Assembly (NCBI GenBank): GCA_037426365.1
Contig: JAXYTD010000052.1
Coordinates: 15,291-79,290 of the forward strand
DNA length: 64,000 nt
Source: a bacterium
GTDB lineage: Bacteria > Pseudomonadota > Gammaproteobacteria > Enterobacterales > Succinivibrionaceae
Reading direction: 5' to 3'
The translations under genes and the position numbers were made by a program. The notes below the pieces were generated by a model. It ran no database searches. It saw only the letters and a list, made by a program, of their open reading frames with translations, and was not told where the DNA came from. Each line of letters begins with the position of its first letter. Positions within the stretch are counted from its first letter, which is position 1. Shown here one piece after another: positions 55,883-64,000 of the stretch.

Positions 55883-57322
55883 ATGGACAAGCTTTATTTT
55901 GTAGTCGGTTCTCAGGATCTTTACGGAGACGAGTGCTTAAAACAGGTCGCAGCCGATGCTGCACGCATGACTGTATTCTTTAACGAGAAATTCAAAGGAA
56001 TTTGCGAAGTCGTGTTATTGCCTACTGTAGTTAATTCTGAAACTTGCATTCAGGATTTGCGTAAGGTCAGTTGCGATGACGAATGTATCGGTGTCATGAC
56101 TTGGATGCACACTTTCTCTCCTGCCAAGATGTGGATCAAAGGATTGCAGGAATTGAGAAAACCTTTGTTACATCTGCATACTCAGGCTAATGAAAAGCTT
56201 CCTTACGATACCATCGATATGGATTTTATGAACCTCAATCAGGCTGCACATGGTGATCGTGAATATGGCTTTATTCTCTCGCGTATGCGTATACCTCATC
56301 AGGTCGTTGCTGGTTATTACGAGCATGAAGATGTTCTTGACGGTATTCGCAAGTTTATAGACGTTGCCAGAGCCATCAATTTCTCACGTCATCTGAAGGT
56401 GGCTTCCTTCGGTAACAATATGCGCGAAGTAGCTGTGACCGACGGTGATCGTGTGGAGTCTCAAATCAAGTACGGTTGGGAGTGTAATTATTTTGCTCTT
56501 GGCGATTTGGTTGACATTATCAACAAGGTTACCGAGGCAGAAATAGATGAAAAGATGGCCGAGTATACCTCTAAGTACATAATGAAGACCGATCGTATTT
56601 CTTCCGTAAGAGAGCAGGCTCGTTACGAAGTAGCATTGGACAAATTCTTAAAGGATAACGGTATTGGTGCTTTTGCGGATACTTTCCAAGATTTGCACGG
56701 TTTAAAACAGTTGCCAGGTCTTGCCGCACAAAATCTTATGGGCAAAGGCATCGGATTCGGACCTGAAGGTGATTATAAGATTTCTGCTTTCAGTGCCGTA
56801 CTTATGGCTATGTCCAAGGGCAGAAGGGGGGTAACAGGATTTATAGAGGATTACACCTATGATTTAACCCCGGGTAAGGAGTTGGAATTGGCTTCCCATA
56901 TGTTGGAAGTGCCGGTCAGTTTTGCTGCTACTAAGCCTGAAATCGACGTTCTTCCTTTGGGGATCGGCGGTAAGGAAGATCCTGCTCGTCTGATCTTCGA
57001 CGGAGCCGAAGGTGACGGTATTCAGGTAACTATGGTTGATATGGGAGATCATTTCCGTATAATTTGCGCTGATATCGAATTGGTCAAACAGCCAAAACCC
57101 ATGCCTAAATTGCCCGTAGCCCGCATCATGTATCGTCATAAACCCAATTTCCGTATTGGTACTGCAGGTTGGTGTTATGCCGGCGGAGCTCATCACAGCG
57201 TAGTGTCAACAGCGTTAACTCGTGATGATATTGCTTTATTTGCAAAACTTACCGGTACAGAGCTTATTACAATAGGCGACGATACTACTGAAGCTGATTT
57301 GCTGAAATTAGGCGAATGTTAA
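55883..57322 (+). CDS. araA: L-arabinose isomerase
   Basis: Collinear with E. coli AraA: HTFSPAKMWI, IDMDFMNLNQAAHGDREYGF, NMREVAVTDGD, DLHGLKQLPGLA, EDYTY, HMLEV. Confidence 0.94.
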   Translation: MDKLYFVVGSQDLYGDECLKQVAADAARMTVFFNEKFKGICEVVLLPTVVNSETCIQDLRKVSCDDECIGVMTWMHTFSPAKMWIKGLQELRKPLLHLHTQANEKLPYDTIDMDFMNLNQAAHGDREYGFILSRMRIPHQVVAGYYEHEDVLDGIRKFIDVARAINFSRHLKVASFGNNMREVAVTDGDRVESQIKYGWECNYFALGDLVDIINKVTEAEIDEKMAEYTSKYIMKTDRISSVREQARYEVALDKFLKDNGIGAFADTFQDLHGLKQLPGLAAQNLMGKGIGFGPEGDYKISAFSAVLMAMSKGRRGVTGFIEDYTYDLTPGKELELASHMLEVPVSFAATKPEIDVLPLGIGGKEDPARLIFDGAEGDGIQVTMVDMGDHFRIICADIELVKQPKPMPKLPVARIMYRHKPNFRIGTAGWCYAGGAHHSVVSTALTRDDIALFAKLTGTELITIGDDTTEADLLKLGEC

Positions 57323-57345
57323 TCAGTAATAGATCCTGAATAAGT

Positions 57346-57378
57346 GAAGGCCCCTGAAAAAATAGGGGCCTTTGTTTT
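57346..57378 (+). terminator. intrinsic terminator after araA
   Basis: AAGGCCCCT-N8-AGGGGCCTT followed by TGTTTTG. Confidence 0.85.
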
Positions 57379-57426
57379 GCTTACAGAATGTAAGTTTTGA
57401 AATATTCTGTAATTGAAAAAAGAAAA

Positions 57427-58017
57427 TCAGGCGTAGGTTTCGTCGGTTTTTACGTGTTCGGTGACATCAACTACATCTTTGATTATGCCAGGAAAAGCCT
57501 GATTAAGTTGAGATTTGATGCCGTCTTGTAAAGTGACGCTTGCCAGAGAGCATCCCATGCAACCGCCTTCAAATTTAACCTTGACAATACCGTCCTCGGT
57601 AACGTCGACGAGTTCAACCGCACCGCCGTGACCTGCAAGAGAAGGGCTGACGGTCGATTTGATAAACATGTCAATTTTATCTTTCAATGTAGCGTCGTCA
57701 GGCAAGTTGCTCTTGTTGAGATTAGGTGCATGGAAAGTAAGCAGATCCTCTCCGTTTTCATCTTTTCCCAAATCAATAACGGAGTCATCTAAATATTCAC
57801 TTACCGAGCTGTCGATGACTATTTCAAAGCCTTTCATTTGAAAGTGTTCGTCGTTTGATGTGATGTATTCCTTTGGACAGTACAGAATACCGCACTGTAC
57901 TCCCGGAGTTCCGACGTTCGTAGCTGTCAGGCGGATGGCAAGCCCTTTCATATTTTGTTTATTGATAATGCTAAGAAAATATTCTTGGGCTTTGTCGCTT
58001 ACGGAAATTTTGCTCAT
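57427..58017 (-). CDS. nfuA: Fe-S cluster biogenesis protein NfuA
   Basis: Degenerate A-type N-domain plus Nfu C-domain with GGCMGCS. Collinear with E. coli NfuA. Confidence 0.93.
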   Translation of the reverse strand: MSKISVSDKAQEYFLSIINKQNMKGLAIRLTATNVGTPGVQCGILYCPKEYITSNDEHFQMKGFEIVIDSSVSEYLDDSVIDLGKDENGEDLLTFHAPNLNKSNLPDDATLKDKIDMFIKSTVSPSLAGHGGAVELVDVTEDGIVKVKFEGGCMGCSLASVTLQDGIKSQLNQAFPGIIKDVVDVTEHVKTDETYA

Positions 58018-58071
58018 AAATTTTTCCTGAAAATTATTTATTCAGGGATTTACTCCCTTTTTACCGCTGAA

Positions 58072-58080
58072 ATTATAGCA
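58072..58080 (-). promoter_or_regulatory. candidate extended -10 promoter for nfuA
   Basis: Minus strand reads TGcTATAAT, 55 nt upstream of the nfuA ATG. No good -35. Confidence 0.4.
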
Positions 58081-58298
58081 AAGCAGTCAAGCTGCTTTTT
58101 TGCAGAGATGAAAGACTGCCCAAAATTTAAGAGCTGGTTTTGGTTTTTAGTCTTACTTTTTAAAAGCGATTACAAGTACTTCCATACAGGATTTGAAAAA
58201 AGATCACAAAGATGCCGCATAATCATTTTTTTTCTGTAAAATTGTGCTAGCAATTTTATGAGCCGAGTTCACTCGGGGTATTTTTGGAGAAAAACTCA

Positions 58299-59912
58299 AT
58301 GAAGTCTTTTGACGATCTTCAGTTAGCTAAGTATGGCATTTCTTCCGCTGCTAGCATTAAGTACAACCCTAGCTATGAGCAGCTGTTTGCTGATGAGACC
58401 GTTGCAGGTCTCGAGGGCTATGACAAGGGCGTTGTTACCAACATGGGTGCCGTGGACGTCATGACTGGCGTTTACACCGGCCGTTCTCCCAAAGATAAGT
58501 TCATTGTTAAAGACGACACCTCCAAGGACACTTTCTGGTGGACTTCTGATTCCTTCAAGAATGACAACAAGCCTTTGTCAACCGAGTCTTGGAATGTCCT
58601 CAAGAAATTGGCAGGCAAAGAACTTTCTAACAAGAATCTGTATGTAGTTGACTGCTTCTGCGGTGCTAATGCCAACACCCGTATGAGCATCCGTTTCGTG
58701 ATGGAAGTGGCATGGCAGGCTCACTTTGTGACCAACATGTTCATTCGTCCTACCGAAGAGGAACTCAAGAACTTTAAGCCTGACTTCGTCGTTCTGAACG
58801 CAGCCAAGGCTAAGGTTGAGAATTACAAAGAGCTGGGACTCAATTCCGAGACTGCCGTTGTGTTCAACCTCACTGAGCGTATGCAGATCATCCTCAACAC
58901 CTGGTACGGCGGTGAGATGAAGAAAGGCATGTTCTCCATGATGAACTACTACCTGCCGCTCAAGGGCATCGCTGCCATGCACTGCTCCGCAAACACCAGC
59001 AAAGACGGTAAAGATACTGCCATCTTCTTCGGTTTGTCCGGAACCGGTAAAACCACTTTGTCAACCGATCCTAAGCGCTTGCTGATCGGCGACGACGAGC
59101 ACGGCTGGGATGATGACGGCGTGTTCAATTTTGAAGGCGGTTGCTATGCTAAGGTCATTAACCTTTCCAAGGAAAATGAGCCTGATATTTGGAACGCCAT
59201 CAAGCGCAATGCTCTGCTTGAGAACGTGACCACCGATAAGGACGGCAACGTTGATTTTGCTGACAAGTCAGTCACCGAAAACACCCGTGTTTCTTATCCT
59301 ATTTTCCATATCACCAATATCGTCAAGCCCATTTCCAAGGGACCTGCCGCTACTCGCGTGATCTTCTTGTCAGCTGATGCTTTCGGCGTTTTGCCTCCAG
59401 TTTCTCTGCTGAATAAGAACCAGACCAAGTATTACTTCCTCTCCGGCTTTACTGCCAAGTTGGCCGGTACCGAGCGTGGTATTACTGAGCCTACCCCGAC
59501 CTTCTCACCTTGCTTCGGTGCAGCTTTCCTGTCACTGCCTCCTACCACCTATGCTGACGTTTTGGTCAAGCGTATGAACGAGTCTGGCGCTAATGCTTAC
59601 CTCGTTAATACTGGTTGGAACGGTAGCGGCAAGCGTATTTCCATTAAGGATACCCGCGGCATCATCGACGCTATTCTTGACGGTTCAATCGACAAGGCTC
59701 CTACCAAGACCATTCCGCACTTCTCCTTCGTGGTTCCTACCGAACTGCCCGGTGTTGACAGCGGTATTCTCGATCCTCGCGACACTTACAAAGATGCTGC
59801 CGAGTGGGAGACCAAGGCTCAGGATTTGGCCCAGCGTTTCATCAAGAATTTTGCCAAGTTTGCAGAGTTCGATAAGGACGGCGCTCTGAAGGCAGCTGGT
59901 CCTCAGCTCTAA
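58299..59912 (+). CDS. pckA: phosphoenolpyruvate carboxykinase (ATP)
   Basis: [11 protein letters not shown] kinase-1a, [14 protein letters not shown] motifs. GGAG lies 8 nt upstream of the ATG at 58299. Very strong codon bias. Confidence 0.97.
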   Translation: MKSFDDLQLAKYGISSAASIKYNPSYEQLFADETVAGLEGYDKGVVTNMGAVDVMTGVYTGRSPKDKFIVKDDTSKDTFWWTSDSFKNDNKPLSTESWNVLKKLAGKELSNKNLYVVDCFCGANANTRMSIRFVMEVAWQAHFVTNMFIRPTEEELKNFKPDFVVLNAAKAKVENYKELGLNSETAVVFNLTERMQIILNTWYGGEMKKGMFSMMNYYLPLKGIAAMHCSANTSKDGKDTAIFFGLSGTGKTTLSTDPKRLLIGDDEHGWDDDGVFNFEGGCYAKVINLSKENEPDIWNAIKRNALLENVTTDKDGNVDFADKSVTENTRVSYPIFHITNIVKPISKGPAATRVIFLSADAFGVLPPVSLLNKNQTKYYFLSGFTAKLAGTERGITEPTPTFSPCFGAAFLSLPPTTYADVLVKRMNESGANAYLVNTGWNGSGKRISIKDTRGIIDAILDGSIDKAPTKTIPHFSFVVPTELPGVDSGILDPRDTYKDAAEWETKAQDLAQRFIKNFAKFAEFDKDGALKAAGPQL

Positions 59913-59947
59913 TTTGAGTTTTCTTTAAAAACTCACAACTGAAATCT

Positions 59948-59986
59948 GAACCCGGTGTGTTGAAAACATGCCGGGTTCTCTGTTTT
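59948..59986 (+). terminator. intrinsic terminator after pckA
   Basis: GAACCCGG ... CCGGGTTC stem followed by TCTGTTTT. Confidence 0.85.
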
Positions 59987-60001
59987 GGAGACAAGAATCG
60001 T

Positions 60002-60616
60002 ATGAAACTGCCTTATATCACCAGAGATGGCTATGATCAGTTACATAAGGAACTTGATTATTTGTGGAACGTAAAACGTCCTGATGTAACAGCTAAGGTT
60101 TCTTGGGCGGCAAGTTTAGGTGATCGTTCTGAAAATGCAGATTATCACTACAACAAAAGACTTTTGGCTCAAATTGATCGTCGTGTGCGTTTTTTACGTC
60201 ACTGCCTTAATGATCTGCAGGTGGTTGAATATAACCGTCAGCAGGAAGGTAAAGTTTTTTTCGGAGCTTACGTTGAAATTGAAGCTGATGATGACGGATC
60301 CGTAATGCAGATCAGAATCGTCGGTGGAGAAGAGATCTTCGGACGCAGTAATTACATATCTATCGATTCTCCCATGGCCAAAGCTTTGTTGGGCAAATCT
60401 CAGGATGACGAAGCCGTGGTGAAAACTCCAAAAGGAGATCGTCTGTGGTACATAAACAAGATCGCTTATCACACTCCTGAGTGGTTTGAGGAGCAGGAGA
60501 TCTTCGATACCTATATGCAGGATGAAAATCCTGATGAAAATATAAAAGTCGAGGAAGTAAGCGAAGAAGAACAAAAACGTATTGAACAGGAATATCTTAA
60601 AACGTTAGTTAAGTAA
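60002..60616 (+). CDS. greB: transcription elongation factor GreB with a C-terminal acidic extension
   Basis: ITRDGYDQL..LWNVKRPDVT..AASLGDRSENADYHYNKR..ISIDSPMAKALLGK matches GreB over about 157 aa, then 47 extra residues. Confidence 0.9.
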   Translation: MKLPYITRDGYDQLHKELDYLWNVKRPDVTAKVSWAASLGDRSENADYHYNKRLLAQIDRRVRFLRHCLNDLQVVEYNRQQEGKVFFGAYVEIEADDDGSVMQIRIVGGEEIFGRSNYISIDSPMAKALLGKSQDDEAVVKTPKGDRLWYINKIAYHTPEWFEEQEIFDTYMQDENPDENIKVEEVSEEEQKRIEQEYLKTLVK

Positions 60617-60623
60617 TTACTCT

Positions 60624-61187
60624 TCAGATAAGGGCATCAATATTTTGTCCCAACAACATTCTGCTGCCGGTCGAGTTATAACGTCCGGCTATGGCATTGA
60701 GCCTTTGCAAGCTGTCTTTTGACAGCTTCTGTGCAACGGCGGGAGATATTTTGGCGTGTAATGCTTTGTTCTTTTGATTATTCGTTAAGGTCGCCTCAAC
60801 GTTGACTAATGTCGGGGAAAAAACTGCAGGATCACCTAGAGCTTGCCGACTCTGCGTTAACGAATTGGCTGATGCCGTTCCGATTTTAGAAATAACTTTG
60901 CCGGTAGCACTTAAAGCACTGCTTTTCTTTTCTCTATCCTTACCCTGATCTTTATCGTTTCCTCTTCCCTGTTGACCGGCACCTTGTATAAGGCTTTGCG
61001 ATTGGGTATAGAGCAGAGAATTAGTCCCTGTCGTAGAGCCGCTACCAGTATGGTTTCCCTTTGGAGTACCAGATGTCGGAGCCGGTTTGGGGATTGTTTC
61101 ACGGCTTTGACTGTCTTTTTTTGCCTCTTCCGTACCTTGAGAAAAGATAGGCGGGGCTATGGCTACGGTAAAGTTTGAAACTTCCAT
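60624..61187 (-). CDS. hypothetical low-complexity (S/T/G/Q/K-rich) protein, function unknown
   Basis: AGGAGGG lies 5 nt upstream of the ATG. 187 aa with no TM helix or signal peptide. No family recognised. Confidence 0.6.
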   Translation of the reverse strand: MEVSNFTVAIAPPIFSQGTEEAKKDSQSRETIPKPAPTSGTPKGNHTGSGSTTGTNSLLYTQSQSLIQGAGQQGRGNDKDQGKDREKKSSALSATGKVISKIGTASANSLTQSRQALGDPAVFSPTLVNVEATLTNNQKNKALHAKISPAVAQKLSKDSLQRLNAIAGRYNSTGSRMLLGQNIDALI

Positions 61188-61351
61188 ATTTTCCCTCCTA
61201 TCTCTTCTGCGCAGAAATAGCGTGTAAATTCCCGGCTATTCTCAATAATGTTTCAACAGAGCATATTAAAGCATTATGCAGATACACTACTCCTTATCCT
61301 GTTTAACGTAAGTTGAAGTTTTTTCTTGAGGATGAAATTAAAAAAACTTAT

Positions 61352-62188
61352 TTATTTGATGTTATTTAAGAAGTTTATTACGCTTTGTGTAAAAGCTTTT
61401 TTTTCAGTTATGAAGGGAAGATGAGCCGATTGCTCGAATATGTGTACAGTTGTGTTTTTCGAGTTTGCCAGCAACGAAGCCTGTTTTGACGGCACCAGAA
61501 GATCTTGTTTACCGAAAAGATGTAATTTCGGAATTGATAAGTTCATTAAATTTTCCCTTTCATCTCCTTGAGTCATATGTAGGATGCCGCTTTGAAGTAC
61601 TTCGTATGAGGGAATTGTGAATCTTGCAAAACTTGCTTTAATAGCTTCTCCTACGGCGCCTATTCCCTGAATGGTGTAAAAAAGCTTAATTAGCCGCTCA
61701 GCATTTTTGGCGTTAAATGAAAGATTTAACTTTTGTATGTAGTGTTGGTTAAATCCTGGATTGCCTTTTTCGTCGGGAAAACGAGGAGAGCCGCATATTG
61801 TGATCAATGCTGACGGCGTAAAGGAGCCAAAAGAGCATGCTCTTATGGCATAAAGTGTTGAGAGTGACCAGGACATCAAAACGGAGTGTGCCGGGACCGT
61901 ATTGGAAATAAGTTTGGCTACTGAATCAAAATCTTTGGAGGAGTCAGCCAGAGAGGCACTTAATCCATATCCGGGCAGATCAATGAGCATCACTTTGAAA
62001 GAAGGAAAAAGTTCAGCTAAAGGAATGGTAAATTCAGAGTCAGCTGCCCAGCCGTGGGTCACGGCCAGTACTTGGCCGTGAGGATCTCCTGCGAGCCTGT
62101 AACCCAGCCGTTCACAATTTGCGTTTACGGCTGGGAAAAAAGGAGTATTTTGCTCCGGATCAAACATTATGTGCTTTGCGATAAGCAA
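61352..62188 (-). CDS. alpha/beta-fold esterase, BioH-like (candidate pimeloyl-ACP methyl ester esterase)
   Basis: Collinear with E. coli BioH (HGW.., LIDLPGYGLS, SWSLS nucleophile elbow, SAHLPF His motif). bioH and nfuA are also neighbours in E. coli. Confidence 0.6.
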   Translation of the reverse strand: MLIAKHIMFDPEQNTPFFPAVNANCERLGYRLAGDPHGQVLAVTHGWAADSEFTIPLAELFPSFKVMLIDLPGYGLSASLADSSKDFDSVAKLISNTVPAHSVLMSWSLSTLYAIRACSFGSFTPSALITICGSPRFPDEKGNPGFNQHYIQKLNLSFNAKNAERLIKLFYTIQGIGAVGEAIKASFARFTIPSYEVLQSGILHMTQGDERENLMNLSIPKLHLFGKQDLLVPSKQASLLANSKNTTVHIFEQSAHLPFITEKKAFTQSVINFLNNIK

Positions 62189-62810
62189 TTAGATCACTGA
62201 TGGTTACGACGGTCAGATCGTGTTCAAGAGCAAATGCACATACTCGCGGCAGCTTTGCCATTAAACCGTCAGGAGCACAAAGTTCGCATAGAATACCGGC
62301 AGGCGTAAATCCGGCAAGTCTTGCCAAATCCACGGATGCCTCGGTATGTCCATCACGTTCCAGTACACCGCCTTTTTTTGCAATCAGCGGAAAAGTATGC
62401 CCAGGACTTGCAAGATCCGAAGGAGAGCCTTCAGGATTGATGGTTGCTTTGATGGCCTTAACACGATCCGGTGCGGATACACCGGTGGTTACGCCGTGAG
62501 CGGCATCTACACTTACGGTGAAAGCCGTTCCGTAGACGGAAGTATTGTGGGATACCATAAGCGGCAGGTTCATGCGTTTGGCCTGATCTTCTTCAATACA
62601 TACGCAGACAATGCCGGAGCATTCACAGATCATAAATGCCATTTGAGCATCGGTTACCGTTTGAGCTGCGTAGATGAGATCGCCTTCATTTTCACGATCC
62701 TCATTGTCGACTACCAAAATGCCGCGTCCTTTTTTCAATTCTGCAATGGCATTTTCAACGCGCTCGTCAGAGGTACGGCCGAAGGTTTCCAATAAATTAG
62801 CTGTAAACAT
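62160..62810 (-). CDS. ribB: 3,4-dihydroxy-2-butanone 4-phosphate synthase
   Basis: VDNEDRENEGDLIYAAQ, GSPSDLASPGHTFPL, 216 aa. Confidence 0.96.
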   Translation of the reverse strand: MFTANLLETFGRTSDERVENAIAELKKGRGILVVDNEDRENEGDLIYAAQTVTDAQMAFMICECSGIVCVCIEEDQAKRMNLPLMVSHNTSVYGTAFTVSVDAAHGVTTGVSAPDRVKAIKATINPEGSPSDLASPGHTFPLIAKKGGVLERDGHTEASVDLARLAGFTPAGILCELCAPDGLMAKLPRVCAFALEHDLTVVTISDLIAYRKAHNV

Positions 62811-62975
62811 TGAGACCTCGAGAAATCAGCTGTTCAAGACATCTTGCTCCGCAAATACGGGGGAGCCCTACCGATCGTAAAATAGAATATTCGGGTCAGA
62901 TCCGTTCAAGGGCTTACGGTGAAACAGTATTCTCCGGACGAGAGGATCTGTGTTGCCCGCGGATTATTTCCAAAC
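62811..62975 (-). promoter_or_regulatory. long structured ribB 5' leader (riboswitch expected by position; FMN core not recognised)
   Basis: About 165 nt lie between the candidate promoter and the ATG, with several mutually exclusive pairings (AGAATA/TATTCT, AGCCCT/AGGGCT, GCTCC/GGAGC). Confidence 0.3.
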
Positions 62976-62983
62976 AAGTGCAC

Positions 62984-62992
62984 AGTATAGCA
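62984..62992 (-). promoter_or_regulatory. candidate extended -10 promoter for ribB
   Basis: Minus strand reads TGcTATACT. Confidence 0.4.
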
Positions 62993-63012
62993 TCGTTGTC
63001 AGCGGTCACTTT

Positions 63013-63044
63013 GTAAATCCTTAAGATGAATTCTAAGGATTTAC
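63013..63044 (-). terminator. hairpin downstream of the MFS transporter gene
   Basis: Perfect 11-bp stem GTAAATCCTTA / TAAGGATTTAC with a 10-nt loop. No T-run. Confidence 0.45.
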
Positions 63045-63086
63045 ATAGTATTACGTGAAAAAAGCTTAACTGTATCAGTCTGTTGT

Positions 63087-64000
63087 TTAATCTTCTTGAG
63101 TTTCCGTATCCTCTGGTTCCTTTAGCAGGAAAAGTATGAATGAAGCAATTACCAGTGCAGGTAACAGAGTGATGCCAAGAGCAAAGCTTAAACCGAAGTA
63201 ATCAGCGATAAAACCAGTGAGCACCGACAGTATATAACCTACACCGAAGGTAAATCCCAACATCATCGAGGTAGCAAAAGCGGCTGCAGAACGGGACAAC
63301 ATGCGTTCTGCCCAGACTATAGCTACCGGTGTAGAGCCGTAAACCGATGCTCCGACTACAAATAAAGCCAGATAAGTTATCAAGTTAAGATCCGGTTGCC
63401 ATAAAAAGACTGCAATTCCGGCAAAACAGGTTGCATAGGTACTAAGAATTAGAAATTTAAGTCCGAAACGGGTAGACAGACCACCGATTGCCAAACCGCC
63501 TGCAGCTGTTCCTATTAACATGGTTGTTACGGCACCTGCGCTCTGCATGGTGTCAAAACCGTGATTTTTAAAGAGTAACGGCAAATAGATAAGAAGAGCG
63601 CAATAGCAAAGCGAACGGAGGGCGAAACTTACTGTAAACCACACGAAAGGTCCGTTTTTCATCAGGGCTTTGATGTCGACATTTTTTATGTGTGACGAGG
63701 ACAGATTGTTTTCCTTGGTATGCAGTTTGCGCATGTAAATTACGCAGGCTGTAAGTATTGCCGGAAATGATAAATAGAAGAGTTTGTCGTCGGTAAAATG
63801 TTCTAAAAATAAAGCAACAACCAATGGAGCAAAAGCAAAACCTATATTGCCGCCGGCAATAAAAATGGATGTTGCCAGCACATCACGATGTTTCGGTGTG
63901 ACTTTCGGCATGATCCCGCCTGCTACAGGATGGAATGTCGAGGCGCACATACCGGAAAGAATTATTGTGGCTATCAGGATCCATGTGCTGGAGGCCAGAG
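63087..64000 (-). CDS. MFS transporter, 3' part (5' end outside window)
   Basis: Continuous hydrophobic helices. The frame stays open upstream of the track's Met through the window edge. Confidence 0.8.
   Translation of the reverse strand, partial: LASSTWILIATIILSGMCASTFHPVAGGIMPKVTPKHRDVLATSIFIAGGNIGFAFAPLVVALFLEHFTDDKLFYLSFPAILTACVIYMRKLHTKENNLSSSHIKNVDIKALMKNGPFVWFTVSFALRSLCYCALLIYLPLLFKNHGFDTMQSAGAVTTMLIGTAAGGLAIGGLSTRFGLKFLILSTYATCFAGIAVFLWQPDLNLITYLALFVVGASVYGSTPVAIVWAERMLSRSAAAFATSMMLGFTFGVGYILSVLTGFIADYFGLSFALGITLLPALVIASFILFLLKEPEDTETQED

Noticed and set aside
58080-58101. Orphan terminator-like hairpin (AAAGCAG-TCAAG-CTGCTTT plus T-run) on the plus strand between nfuA and pckA, possibly the 3' end of an sRNA
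   Set aside because: There is no recognisable upstream promoter on the plus strand, and the araA terminator already lies 700 nt upstream. The hairpin abuts the candidate nfuA promoter on the other strand. Evidence is too thin for an sRNA call.
63047-63062. parS-like sequence AGTATTACGTGAAAAA, plus other GTTTCAC/GTGAAAC half-sites at about 15753, 38544, 61096 and 62921
   Set aside because: At best 12 of 16 matches to TGTTTCACGTGAAACA. No full palindrome was found in the window, so no parS is called.

Overview
Conserved core-chromosome segment of a low-GC (about 40%) gammaproteobacterium. I found no tRNA or rRNA genes, CRISPR array, IS element, prophage or defence island. Inferred gene order: mnmE (3' part) | pqiCBA, nrdG, nrdD (minus strand) | earP, efp | mnmG-rsmG-parA-parB-atpIBEFHAGDC (plus) | rpoH, ftsY (minus) | rsmD | Zn-dehydrogenase | rapZ-ptsN-hpf-rpoN-lptBAC-kdsC (minus) | mlaFEDCB-yjgA (plus) | tldD-maf-mreDCB, ssb (minus) | uvrA, DUF2750-like | BASS-type transporter | pmbA | gpmI | yibN-secB-gpsA | sugar ABC transporter plus araA | nfuA | pckA | greB | unknown disordered protein, bioH-like, ribB, MFS transporter (minus, 5' end outside window). 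nrdDG, a strongly codon-biased pckA and EarP-type EF-P suggest a fermentative anaerobe or facultative anaerobe. A Succinivibrionaceae/Aeromonadales-like origin is only a guess. All product calls come from my own recognition of conserved motifs and synteny with E. coli, Vibrio and Pseudomonas; no database search was run. The most unusual observation is that the class III ribonucleotide reductase appears split. The 753-aa nrdD ORF ends just after its zinc ribbon. The glycyl-radical C-terminus is encoded by a separate 54-codon ORF (4478..4642, absent from the ORF track) with its own Shine-Dalgarno sequence, and a decayed duplicate of that segment forms the tail of the large ORF. Lesser oddities: a Cys-rich insertion in ATP synthase subunit a; a 47-aa acidic tail on GreB; a ribB leader in which I cannot recognise the expected FMN-riboswitch core; a repeated TCCGAA motif in the 670-bp divergent control region of the arabinose/ABC locus; and an orphan disordered 187-aa protein.
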